DNA from: Thermodesulfobacteriota bacterium
GTDB taxonomy: Bacteria > Desulfobacterota_D > UBA1144 > Nemesobacterales > UBA2774
Assembly (NCBI GenBank): GCA_965216785.1
Contig: OZ244197.1
Location: 1,664,001-1,728,000 of the forward strand
Reading direction: 5' to 3'
Length of the DNA stretch: 64,000 nt
In this document: positions 10,601 through 19,675 of the stretch, one piece after another
How positions within the stretch are numbered: the first letter of the stretch is position 1
Layout of the letters: each line of letters starts with the position of its first letter
The notes under the pieces: generated by a model
The model's input: only the letters and a program-made list of their open reading frames with translations
What the model was told of the DNA's origin: nothing
Database searches by the model: none
Program-made: the position numbers and the translations under genes

Positions 10601-13600
10601 GAGGGCAAAAAGAACTACTCACACGCGATCGAGTTATACAAAGACGCCCTCGACGTTTATTCACAGAGGGCCGGAGTTGAAAGCGCTCTCGTGAATAACA
10701 ACCTTGGTAATACCTATCTATCGATCTCAGAGTACGAGGAAAGCGGATCGAGCGTAGAAAAGGCGCTCGCCTGCTTTAACGAAGCAATTTCCCTCACGGA
10801 TGAGGGGGAGCAGCCGCAGAGATTCTCGCTAATTAAAACAAACATAGGCCGCGCGTATACTAAAATGGCTTTAACGGATAACCACGAGGAAGATTATGCC
10901 TCCGCTGTGGATGCTTACGAGGAATCTCTGCGTGTTTATACGAAAGAGGAATTTCCCTCTGAGTATACGGCAGCAAGAAGAAACATAGCAATCTTGCTTA
11001 TGCTCCGCTGTGAATTTACGAAAACTGAGGAAGAGTGCGTATCTCTTTCCGAGAAGGCTCTTCAAATATTTGAGGAGGTTCTCGCCCAATTTAGCGCTGA
11101 TCAAAACAATCAATACGGAATTATACGAGCGGCAATGGGTGACGCGCATATGTTTATAAGCTCTCTCAAAGAAAAAGAATCTCACGAGAAGAGCGCGGCA
11201 GAGTGCTATGAGGACGCTCTCGGAAGTTTTCCTGTTGAAAGCTTCCCGGAGCATTATCTGGAGCTGATTCAAAGACTCGAATCGCTCTGTGGAAGCAGCG
11301 AAGATTTAGAGTGCCATGATCCCCAAAGCGTGATTGAGTTCTGCGCAAAGGCGCTGGCGGTATACAAGTTTGATGAGTACCCCTATGAGTATGCATCCAC
11401 ACATAAGAAGCTCGGCAGGGCATACAAAAATTTTGGAGATGCAGCGGGGGATCAGAATTACAAAGAAGCTGTAAATTCATTTGAGGAAGCGCTCAGGGGC
11501 TACACCGTAATGGGTGATAAAAACGAGTGCGGGCAGCTCAACAAAGAGCTTGGCGACATATATTCGGAGATTGCACATTTAAGCAATTCGCCCTCTGAAT
11601 ACCAAAAGGCGATATCACATTATGACGAGTCCCTCAAAGTGTTTACGGCACAGGGATATCCGGAGCTTTATGGAGAGGTTAAGAAGAGCCTGGGGGCGGC
11701 CTACGGTGCGCTCGGCGGCAACCAAGACGGAGATGAAAACTACCTGCTTGAGCTTGACTCATACAATAAAGCGCTAGGGGTATTTACTCGCGAGGAATAT
11801 TTTGAGGAGTATAAGGAGCTCAGAAAAAGGATGGGCGGCGTATACGCTATGCTTGCGGGAGCAAAGGGCGAGCTTGAAGACCATGCGGGTGCGCTCGAGC
11901 ATTACACAGAAGCGCTTAAGGTATTTAATTTTGAGGAATTCCCCGAAGAGTACGGGCAATACAAAAGGGAGCTTGCCCAGATACTTGAGAAAGCAGGCCG
12001 CGCAAATAATGATCTTAATAGTATTAAGGACGCTTTGAATGAATTCAGGGACTCTCTCAGATTTTATACCGAAAGTGAGCGCCCACAAGAGTACGCTCAA
12101 ATTACGGATGATATTAAAGGTCTATATAAATTCCTAAGCGAATTTGACGCGGGCGGGGGCGAGGGTGCCCGCTCAGTCTATCAGGAGATACTGGAGATAT
12201 GCACCGAGGACGTCTCCGCTTACGAGCACGCGCTTCTTCAGATGAAGCTCGGCGACTCCTACCTAGGAGCTCCTCTCGGGGGCGGCACCGTGCCCGATAC
12301 AAGCACTGCATCACAAGAAGATTTGAGTTCTGCTTTGGAGTCATATGAAAGAGCGCTCGGTATATATGACGAGGAAAGGTATCCGCGCGAGCGGGCCTGT
12401 ATAAATTTTAGGCTTGGCGGTGTTTACAGCTCTTTATCCAAAGTGCGTGAAGAGGATGATAATCTTAAAAAAGCATTACAATCCTATATTGACTCGATTA
12501 AGTTCTATAAGCCCGAAGACTACTCTCAGGCCAATATGCAAGCCAGGGTTGAGATTGCCGACATATACGTAAAATTGGGTGAAAAACAACTGGAGGCCGA
12601 TGATTTAACCGGGTCGCTCGAATATTTTGAGAAGGTTTCGGATATCTACGCAGCCGAAGAATTTCCCGAAGAATCGGCTAATCTGAAAAGACGAATAGGC
12701 GGTATATATGAGAAGCTTGCAGAGCAAAGCGACAGAGCCGAAAACCTTGAATCTGCGGTGCTCTGCTACGAAGACTCGCTTTCTTACTTTAACCAGAGCG
12801 CGCACCCACAAGATTACGGCAATATTACTAAAACCTTAGCCGGGCATTACTTTGAAATAGCGCAGGACCGTAAAGACCATGAGATATATAAAAAGTCTAT
12901 CGACCTGGCTGAACAGTCACTCACACAGTTTACATTGGAAAACAATCCTTCAGAGTACGCCTCACTCTATAAAATGATAGGGGACGCATTATCTGAAATC
13001 GGGTCTGCCGAGGAAAATATTGAGTGGCTGCAAAAGAGAGTGGATTCGTACGCGCAAGCGCAAAGGGGTTACGAATCGGAAGGTCAATCGGCCCCGGACA
13101 GCGCCTTCAGAAAAGAGCTCGGAGCCGCTTACAAAGCTTTGGCTGGAGCACAGCTGGAGCACGGAGAGCTAAAAGAGAGCGCTTCGAATTACAGCCTTGC
13201 TCTTGAGCTCTGTCAAGATTCAGACGATGTAGCTGAGCAAGCTGTCTTATCTCTTGAGCTTGGCTCAGTGTACCAAAAGCTCGCGCTTAAAGAAGATACG
13301 GCAAATAATTCAAAGACGGCCTTACAGTACTACAAAAACGCGCGGAAATTCTCTGAAAATTCGGAAGATCGGAATATTTCACACGGCATAAATGACAAAC
13401 TTGAGGGGATATACGATATGTTGAGTAATTACACACACGCACAGGCAGAGACCGGTACGAGTCCAGAGGCGGAGTACCTTGAAATATTAACAATATGCAC
13501 CAAAGATGACGCTCCCGAGCAATATGCCTCTATTCAGAGGAATCTAGGGAATTTCTACCGGGAGCTTCTGGAGGAAGACCCAGTCCCGGCTACAGCAGAG

Positions 13601-16147
13601 AAGGCTCTTAGTGCCTACGGAGAAGCAGCACAAGTGTACGAGAGCTTGGGTATAGAAGACGCATACAAAGAAACATTGGCCGATGAGGCATCTGTGAAGA
13701 ATATTCTCGCGGATCAAAGCTTGGAAGAAGGTATGTTCGAAGAGGCTCTGTCGGTATACCGGCAGTCACAGGATCTATATGATTCCCTTGAGCTCGGTGA
13801 GGAATACGCCCGCGCGCAGCTTAAGATCGGGAATGTGTACATGCGCCGGGGGGAAACACTTGAAGAGGCCGCTCTTGGGGGCTCCGACAAAGATGCTTAT
13901 GACAAGGCGGTAGACGCGTATACCGATGCGCTTGGAATTTACAGCGAAGCCCTAAACCCGCAGGAGTACGGCTCGGCGCATATGAAATTGAGCTCATTAT
14001 ATTTACATATGGGAGAGCGAGAGAGAAGTGTCGATTTATTTAACAAGGCTATCGGCACGTGCCGTGAAGCACTGCGCGTGTTCAGCCCTGAGGATTATCC
14101 CGAGCGTCATATGGAGATTCAGAACAATATCGTTCGGGCATACGAGGCTATTACCGAGCTTAATAACAAAGAACCTGAAAAGAGCGCTAAAACTGAGGAG
14201 CCTGAGCAGGAAGCAAATGCGTTTGAGGATAAACCGCTGCTTCAAGTAGTTAAGTCCCAAGATTTAGAAGAGTCTGAGGAAATAATTAAATCTGATGATG
14301 TAGTTGACGCGGAGGAAGTAGTTGAACCCCAAGAAGAAGTTAAGTCTCAGGAGCCCGATCAAGACGATAAAGTAGAGTCTATGCCGCAGGCAGTTCTTGC
14401 CGCTGCATCTTCGGGCGACTCGGGTGTGGACGCGGTCATTGAGGAGCGCCAGTTCAGTGATTCGAATCAAGCAATTGAGTATTATACGAAAGCGCTGCTG
14501 ACAGAGACAATCCAAACAGCACCCGAGCAGTACGGGTGGATAAAGTCCAGGCTTGGAGGTCTTTATACCGAAGTCGCCAAGGAAACAGGCTCTGCGAATA
14601 ACTACAGGAGAGCGGTTAAGTCCTACGAGGAATCACTTGAGGTTTACAGCCCCGAGGATTATCCCGAGAAGTACGGCAATGTTCAGACAAAAATAGCTGA
14701 GTCTATGAAGATGCTCGCCGATCACTCGGGCGATCTGAAGAGCTACCAAAAGGCTCTTGAAGCCTACATGCGCGCTCTCACCGTATTTGGCATGAAAGAT
14801 CATCCTGACAAATATGGCAACTTGCAGATGAATATCGGCAGCACGTACAGCACAATAGCCGAGATATCGGGTAATCCGGAGGAATATCAAAACGCTATAG
14901 CGGCCTACGCTGAGGCGCTTAAGGCTTTTGGTGATGGACAATACGTGAAAGAATACAGTGCAGTTCAAAGGAAAATCGGAATAGTTTACGGGATAGTCGC
15001 CCAGGTTGACGGCAATATGGAGTATCAGCAAAAAGCAGTAGACGCCTACACAGAGGCGCTAAAATATTACACACATGATACTGCTCCTTCGAAGTACGGA
15101 GAGCTGTCCAAATTTCTCGGGATTGCCTACGGTAATTTAGCTTCAGAGAGCGAAGACATAGATACTTTAAAACTTGCGGTACAGTCCTATGGGGATGCGC
15201 TCAAGTTTTATACGGAAGAAAGTAGCCCCGCTGATTACGGGCTTATTCAAAAGAACATGGGGAACGCATGCGAAATGCTATCCCGCAAAGAACCCACTTC
15301 CCAAAATACAAAGAACGCAGCCCAGGCCTATCAGGAAGCGCTTAAATATTACAGGTACGACAACCACCCACAAGAGTACGCTTCGATAGAGAGCAGCCTC
15401 GGGGGTCTGTATAAGGCTCTTGCGGAGACCGAGGACCAGGTCCAGAGCTTAAGGAGAGCCATAGAGTCCTATGAGCAGGTACTGAGAGTGTTCGACATAA
15501 AAGAGTCTCCCCTCGAATACGCGGCTACCCAGAACAACATCGGAATTGTCTACAGAACGCTTGCTGAAGCTGAGGAGAAGGGAAAGAACTGCAAGCGTGC
15601 GATAAACGCTTATAAAGAGGCACTTAAGATTTACAGCCGCTCAAGCTACCCCGATCAGTACGGCTCGACCCAGACAAATCTGGGGAGTGCTTACAGGACA
15701 CTTGCCGAGGTTGAGGAGAAAGAGGTTAACTGCCGCCACGCGCTCAGGGCATTTGAAGAAGCGCTCAAGGTGAGGACGATTAAAGAGCAGCCGCTTCAAT
15801 TCGCTGCCACACAGAATAACCTGGGCGTCGTTTACAGGACGCTCGGTGAAAGGGAAGACAGGGCGAAAAACTCTAAAAAGGCGATAGACGCCTATGAGAC
15901 CGCTCTCATCATATATACCATAGACAGATACCCCATTCAGTACGCCTCGACCCAGAACAATATAGGCGCCGCCTTCACAACGCTCGCCGAGGTCGAGAAT
16001 AAGGACGAGAACTGTGAGAAGGCCATAAACGCCTACACCGAGGCGCTTAAGATCTTCACCGAAGCCCGCTTCCCGGGCCCGCACAAGCTGGTCTCGACCA
16101 ACCTCAAGCTTCTTAAAGACTTCTGCAGTAATGACTGCGAAGATTAG
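7679..16147 (+). CDS. Giant (2822 aa) TPR-like repeat protein with degenerate N-terminal nucleoside-deoxyribosyltransferase/TIR-like domain
   Basis: Uninterrupted ORF with tens of ~47-aa units YAxTQNNLGxxYxxLAExE...NCxxAIxAYxEALKxYT...YP; acidic linker at about 14160-14450; no signal peptide or TM segment. Confidence 0.9.
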   Translation: MGDTLKYGREKNLRLNPLDAIWNPECQIPCIVIYPEEIEESRLKLLLEPLTDVLSEKGFKLRSVSEESLQGGELENAARDCALGLLILSGPGQGLQYFSGYLKGKGKFVLSIRDQIGETIEGRGPASEPSRDTQSDQLAANSSLNLNEISVDSSSAVSSSENPACKIGDEFGSFVPAVLESYISELTKTYNSMDPELYTALRELAQEIATYFTKTQEYEIGDLDNARDLLDEWEKRSGRSTPFQIHTMLAALYANQAVTETDSEKNECYSKCAQIYENISSDEMDTALYSCFKIRQAEILLLSLLDNENKDKIEKAVKLFKEGLDYFGKDKDALIFAFLNQVLGEAYEVLAGFGETKQAKEVNYKKSLTYVKSALEVYSPSEFQSEYSTLMNLQGRVLSALGECDNSSEWIAEAINTLKEALRFIAPEHSLEAYAEAHINLGNAYRAQAEIEVSAESCILAIEAYEKALQVYTDGGFELESALIYNNLGASYDMLAQIEESAESCGLAIESFEEALKFYSITEYPDQFSTTQNNIANAYGTLAELENKAQNCEKALQCYKESLKVRTLERDPCEYAMTQNNLGVVYSTLAEIKDKEENSFNAVSAYSEALNVYSTSEHSLERAMISNNLADAYLVLSEVRDTAPNLKNAVEWYLEALTVYNEDEKPLNSTIIHKKLGDALFRLSELEGGTEYAKESASSYERALQSYSREEYPIEYARIKMNKGRIFSGVALREGNPGGYGRVFEAFGDALSVFNREEFPEEYVKLKLFKGDAYAGLSGIDDRYQNLENALEQYESALQVCDSIDSKETFVQVNNKIGQCRIDMSIVKDSGENCERAIEAFSRALERVSPEEQPLEHALIKNNLATAHGQLGHSGEGDKFMELALSGFEDAALNLKTFSAQGSNARTLYSKTLGNLGAIYNKCSLTDDPGSNLKKSIELLQEALSVISLEINPLEYARLKNNLGSSYFKLAEVEEGKKNYSHAIELYKDALDVYSQRAGVESALVNNNLGNTYLSISEYEESGSSVEKALACFNEAISLTDEGEQPQRFSLIKTNIGRAYTKMALTDNHEEDYASAVDAYEESLRVYTKEEFPSEYTAARRNIAILLMLRCEFTKTEEECVSLSEKALQIFEEVLAQFSADQNNQYGIIRAAMGDAHMFISSLKEKESHEKSAAECYEDALGSFPVESFPEHYLELIQRLESLCGSSEDLECHDPQSVIEFCAKALAVYKFDEYPYEYASTHKKLGRAYKNFGDAAGDQNYKEAVNSFEEALRGYTVMGDKNECGQLNKELGDIYSEIAHLSNSPSEYQKAISHYDESLKVFTAQGYPELYGEVKKSLGAAYGALGGNQDGDENYLLELDSYNKALGVFTREEYFEEYKELRKRMGGVYAMLAGAKGELEDHAGALEHYTEALKVFNFEEFPEEYGQYKRELAQILEKAGRANNDLNSIKDALNEFRDSLRFYTESERPQEYAQITDDIKGLYKFLSEFDAGGGEGARSVYQEILEICTEDVSAYEHALLQMKLGDSYLGAPLGGGTVPDTSTASQEDLSSALESYERALGIYDEERYPRERACINFRLGGVYSSLSKVREEDDNLKKALQSYIDSIKFYKPEDYSQANMQARVEIADIYVKLGEKQLEADDLTGSLEYFEKVSDIYAAEEFPEESANLKRRIGGIYEKLAEQSDRAENLESAVLCYEDSLSYFNQSAHPQDYGNITKTLAGHYFEIAQDRKDHEIYKKSIDLAEQSLTQFTLENNPSEYASLYKMIGDALSEIGSAEENIEWLQKRVDSYAQAQRGYESEGQSAPDSAFRKELGAAYKALAGAQLEHGELKESASNYSLALELCQDSDDVAEQAVLSLELGSVYQKLALKEDTANNSKTALQYYKNARKFSENSEDRNISHGINDKLEGIYDMLSNYTHAQAETGTSPEAEYLEILTICTKDDAPEQYASIQRNLGNFYRELLEEDPVPATAEKALSAYGEAAQVYESLGIEDAYKETLADEASVKNILADQSLEEGMFEEALSVYRQSQDLYDSLELGEEYARAQLKIGNVYMRRGETLEEAALGGSDKDAYDKAVDAYTDALGIYSEALNPQEYGSAHMKLSSLYLHMGERERSVDLFNKAIGTCREALRVFSPEDYPERHMEIQNNIVRAYEAITELNNKEPEKSAKTEEPEQEANAFEDKPLLQVVKSQDLEESEEIIKSDDVVDAEEVVEPQEEVKSQEPDQDDKVESMPQAVLAAASSGDSGVDAVIEERQFSDSNQAIEYYTKALLTETIQTAPEQYGWIKSRLGGLYTEVAKETGSANNYRRAVKSYEESLEVYSPEDYPEKYGNVQTKIAESMKMLADHSGDLKSYQKALEAYMRALTVFGMKDHPDKYGNLQMNIGSTYSTIAEISGNPEEYQNAIAAYAEALKAFGDGQYVKEYSAVQRKIGIVYGIVAQVDGNMEYQQKAVDAYTEALKYYTHDTAPSKYGELSKFLGIAYGNLASESEDIDTLKLAVQSYGDALKFYTEESSPADYGLIQKNMGNACEMLSRKEPTSQNTKNAAQAYQEALKYYRYDNHPQEYASIESSLGGLYKALAETEDQVQSLRRAIESYEQVLRVFDIKESPLEYAATQNNIGIVYRTLAEAEEKGKNCKRAINAYKEALKIYSRSSYPDQYGSTQTNLGSAYRTLAEVEEKEVNCRHALRAFEEALKVRTIKEQPLQFAATQNNLGVVYRTLGEREDRAKNSKKAIDAYETALIIYTIDRYPIQYASTQNNIGAAFTTLAEVENKDENCEKAINAYTEALKIFTEARFPGPHKLVSTNLKLLKDFCSNDCED

Positions 16148-16176
16148 AAGACCTGTATTTTCTTTATGAGTTTTAT

Positions 16177-16737
16177 GTGCGACAATATAGCCCTATGCAG
16201 AGATTCCTCGCAGTTCCTGCTTTAATACCGCTCTTACTATCCATACTATGGGTATTGCCTGCTATTCCTGCCGACCGGGACACGCTTATTGACATCACAG
16301 GGGTGGCTGTCATAGTGGAGGACATATCCGTAGACGCCGCAAGTGACGGTCTTAAACCCGAGTACTTGAAGACCCTTGTCGAGCAAAAGCTCGCTGACGC
16401 CGATATTATGGTGCTCGAGGAGCGCAAATGGTTCAGTGTCTTCGGGGGGGCGTATCTACTGGTTAAATTCATAGGCAGTAAATCACAGTCCGAGGACTAT
16501 TACATCGTTTTTGTCGACTTAGAGCTTTACCAGACTGTCGTGCTTTTCGGGAAGAAGCTTGGGGAGAACATAAACACCGCCGCCGCTACCTGGTCCACAG
16601 GAAAGCTCTTTACCTGCTCTGCGGAAAAGCTTAAGGAATGCGTTGGGGGCACTGTAGCGCAGCTCACTGATCTGTTCATCGAGGATTACAAGACCGTCAA
16701 CTCAGAGGAGCGGCGCAGGCAGGGCAAGAAGAAGTAA
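16177..16737 (+). CDS. Hypothetical exported protein
   Basis: Hydrophobic N-terminus followed by an alpha/beta-like region (..ATWSTG..); starts 30 bp after the TPR gene, so probably co-transcribed. Confidence 0.7.
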   Translation: MRQYSPMQRFLAVPALIPLLLSILWVLPAIPADRDTLIDITGVAVIVEDISVDAASDGLKPEYLKTLVEQKLADADIMVLEERKWFSVFGGAYLLVKFIGSKSQSEDYYIVFVDLELYQTVVLFGKKLGENINTAAATWSTGKLFTCSAEKLKECVGGTVAQLTDLFIEDYKTVNSEERRRQGKKK

Positions 16738-16877
16738 GAATACCCCTTCAACCAAGGGGCTTGTCTTCGGCGGTTAGTCTTGTTCTCAATATATCTATTA
16801 CTCAATAAAGATAATGATTGATAGGGATATCTGTTTATGCTAGCATTTGATATTATCTAATAGTGGGAGGAGGAAAA

Positions 16878-17150
16878 ATGAAAAAAGGTATATCGATATT
16901 TACTGCAGTGTTATTCGTTATTAGCTTCCTCTTTTTAGCATTACCGAGTGGCGCTCAGGAAGATGTATCGGGCTGCTGTCAGTTCTTTATTGACGACGCG
17001 CCAGGGTGCATGTATCCGTCCTCACCTGACGGATGCGCAGGCGGTAAGCTCAAGGGCACTTTCCTTGAAGGCGAGAAGTGTGATATTGACACAGGCTATT
17101 GCTCGGGGTATCAAAAAGACGAGACAGCCCCATCAGAGTCCGGGGAATAG
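16878..17150 (+). CDS. Small secreted six-cysteine protein
   Basis: Strong RBS GGAGGAGG before ATG 16878; signal peptide ending SGA/QE; pattern CC-C-C-C-C. Confidence 0.75.
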   Translation: MKKGISIFTAVLFVISFLFLALPSGAQEDVSGCCQFFIDDAPGCMYPSSPDGCAGGKLKGTFLEGEKCDIDTGYCSGYQKDETAPSESGE

Positions 17151-17354
17151 CTAGAGTTTCTGCTCTGTGATCGCGGAGGTATTCTTATGATCACGGAAAT
17201 TATGAAATTCCGGCAGGAACGTTGGGCATTATAAGAATCCTTACAGTCAGGAATAGTAAAATGGCTGCGCAGTGGTTGCCTTGTCATCCCGGACCGTTTG
17301 ATGAACTCGATTCAGTATAGTTTCAGCATCTTATAACGTCTTACGTCGCAATCT

Positions 17355-17546
17355 TCACGGAGTTCTGCTGGATGAGTGTGGCTTTCTTATTAAGCCGAAA
17401 TATACGATAGGTACTAGGAGAAAAGCAAGGAGTATCGGCACGGCAATGAAAGGAATCGCAAAACTGAGCACGAACAAAGCAGCTAGAACCATACCGAATA
17501 TAACTGAAATAACAAAACTGAATCTATCCATATATCTCACCCCCAA
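17355..17546 (-). CDS. Small membrane protein (2 TM)
   Basis: Almost entirely hydrophobic 63-aa ORF with a basic tail. Confidence 0.5.
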   Translation of the reverse strand: MGVRYMDRFSFVISVIFGMVLAALFVLSFAIPFIAVPILLAFLLVPIVYFGLIRKPHSSSRTP

Positions 17547-17741
17547 TTCTTGTTATTCCTACCTTAAATTATAGCACATTTCATGTGGTTTTAGTACTGC
17601 TATGTACCCCTTATTTATACCTCTTGATTTCCCTAACTGAAAAGCTTTTTACAGGAGATAACTATGCATTAATATTTCTTCCTTAAGTAATTGTGAGAAT
17701 ATGAGAGGGCTATGTAGTTATTTTTATGCTATATTATAGAA

Positions 17742-18101
17742 ATGTTTAAAAGCAATAATAAACTTCTACCACTGGCAAGAGAGCTCAGGAAAAATATGAC
17801 CGAAGCCGAAAAGAAGCTTTGGTCCAAGCTGAGTAACCGGCAGATGGATGACCGTCAGTTCTATAGAAAGAGAGTAATAGGTGACTACATAGTAGATTTT
17901 TACTGTCCAAGATCAAAGCTCGTGGTAGAAATAGACGGTGGAAAGCGTTATTTAGGTAAGTCTGAAAAGGATATTAGGGAGAGGGATAGCAGGTTTAGCG
18001 AGCTTGGTTTGACGGTGCTGAGATTCCCCCGAAATGAGGTATTAAATGAACTAGATGGGGTTTTGGAGCAAATTTACTTGGCTTTGAGTAATAAAAACTA
18101 A
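17742..18101 (+). CDS. DUF559 / Vsr-like endonuclease domain protein
   Basis: ARELRKNMTEAEKKLW...IGDYIVDFYC...KLVVEIDGG...G.TVLRF is the typical DUF559 pattern. Confidence 0.9.
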   Translation: MFKSNNKLLPLARELRKNMTEAEKKLWSKLSNRQMDDRQFYRKRVIGDYIVDFYCPRSKLVVEIDGGKRYLGKSEKDIRERDSRFSELGLTVLRFPRNEVLNELDGVLEQIYLALSNKN

Positions 18102-18310
18102 ACTTCCTATTTCTATCAGATAAAATCGGGAAAAGCATGAATAGCAGGGCCCTAAATTTATAAAGTATATTAATAGAGTAGAGAGAAAACCATGGAAATT
18201 AAATCGACCTGATTATTTTCTAATTAAATCTCCCAAGAAAAAGGCTTTTCATTGCTTTTTAAATGTAGTAAAATTGAATCATTCGTTTATTCCTAAAGGA
18301 GGAAGGGGTT

Positions 18311-19627
18311 ATGAAATATGCGAATCCACAGGCTGGAATCAACTTGTTCCGGTATTCAAAACCGTCATTATACTTTCTGTCTTTAATGCTTTTGCTTCTT
18401 TGTTTATCGCTTATTTATGGAGCGGTCGCCGAGGCCCAGCAGATTGCCTGTCCACAGCGCGGTATCGAGCAGATAACGGACGAGCCTTCGGGTAATAGTG
18501 AGAAACCCTCAGTAAGTGGTAACGGAAAGTTTGTGGCCTTCGAGTCCCGAGCCGATATTAACGGTGGGAACGATGACGGGAACGATGAGGTTTATCTCGC
18601 CAATATTTTGACCGGGGATATCACACAAATTACGAGCTTCGTCACTAATTTCTCAAGCGAAAAACCTTCAGTTAACGGTGACGGCACGCGCGTAGCGTTT
18701 CAGTCACGCGCTAACATAAACGGTAATAACCCCGATAATGTTCTCAACGTATACCTGTTCGATTCTACTACGGGAATAATTACCCAGATAACGGATGTTC
18801 TGACCACGCAGCAGGCAAACGAACCATCGATAAACGGGGACGGTACGCTCATTACCTTCCGCTCAAACGCTAACTTCACAGGCGGAAACGGCGACGGCAG
18901 CACTGAAATATGGGTTTTTAATACAACAAACAGTACATTCATTCAGCTCACGGACAATGGAGTGACAAATAACGAGCCGGCTATAAGCGCAGATGGAACA
19001 AAAGTAGTGTTTCAACATTCCGGTGACGGCAACGTAGAGTTATTTATTGCGGACGTAGCAACCGGAGTTGTCAATCAGTTAACAAACACAGAACCTCCGA
19101 CATTTAGCGTAGACCCGGAAATTAACGGGGATGGGACACTCATTGTATTCAGAGGTAACCGCGGCGGCACGAATCAAATATTCCTTATAGATACTACGAC
19201 CTCGGCGCTGACTCAAATTACCAACTTCGCTGTGCAGTCCACTGAACCTTTTATCAGTGCTGACGGGAAGCGTATCGCTTTCAAAAGTACAGCGGACATA
19301 AATGGCGGGAACCCGGACAATAATAACGAGATATATATATTCGATACCGAGACAGGTAAGTTCACTCAGATAACAGTTACTAGCGGAGGGAATAACGATC
19401 TGCCTTCTTTAAACGCGGACGGTACGAGAGTCGGAATAGAATCAAACGCCAACATAAACGGCGGGAACCCAGACCAAACACCGGATCAGATATACGTTGC
19501 TCTCTGCCTGAACCCGGCGGACGGAAGGCCTATACCTACTCTGTCCGAGTGGGGGCTGATCGCGATGGCGGTAGCGCTTGGGATTGTGGGGCTTCTTGTC
19601 GTTCGTAGGAGAATGGTCGCAGCTTAG
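18311..19627 (+). CDS. TolB/PD40-like beta-propeller surface protein with IPTL-CTERM sorting signal
   Basis: Repeats PSxNGDGTxVxF.S...; C-terminus IPTLSEWGLIAMAVALGIVGLLVVRRR; N-terminal signal peptide; RBS AAGGAGG. Confidence 0.9.
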   Translation: MKYANPQAGINLFRYSKPSLYFLSLMLLLLCLSLIYGAVAEAQQIACPQRGIEQITDEPSGNSEKPSVSGNGKFVAFESRADINGGNDDGNDEVYLANILTGDITQITSFVTNFSSEKPSVNGDGTRVAFQSRANINGNNPDNVLNVYLFDSTTGIITQITDVLTTQQANEPSINGDGTLITFRSNANFTGGNGDGSTEIWVFNTTNSTFIQLTDNGVTNNEPAISADGTKVVFQHSGDGNVELFIADVATGVVNQLTNTEPPTFSVDPEINGDGTLIVFRGNRGGTNQIFLIDTTTSALTQITNFAVQSTEPFISADGKRIAFKSTADINGGNPDNNNEIYIFDTETGKFTQITVTSGGNNDLPSLNADGTRVGIESNANINGGNPDQTPDQIYVALCLNPADGRPIPTLSEWGLIAMAVALGIVGLLVVRRRMVAA

Positions 19628-19642
19628 ATGACTTGCGTAAGC

Positions 19643-19670
19643 GAGATTCTTCGCTTCGCTCAGAATGACA
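19643..19670. repeat. REP-like short palindromic element between convergent genes
   Basis: GAGATTCTTCGCTTCGCTCAGAATGACA with ATTCT/AGAAT arms; resembles a widespread REP-type half-element (from recall, not verified). Confidence 0.5.
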
Positions 19671-19675
19671 GAACT

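Noticed and set aside
7679-16147. CHAT/caspase-TPR or NLR-like (STAND) defence protein
   Set aside because: No His-Cys caspase motifs and no Walker A/B found in the translation.
17168-17212. Short degenerate repeats TGATCRCGGA as a mini-CRISPR or iteron
   Set aside because: Only two 10-bp copies, no spacer structure and no cas genes.
17742-18101. DUF559 gene as an autonomous mobile element
   Set aside because: No terminal repeats, target duplication or transposase directly flanking it.
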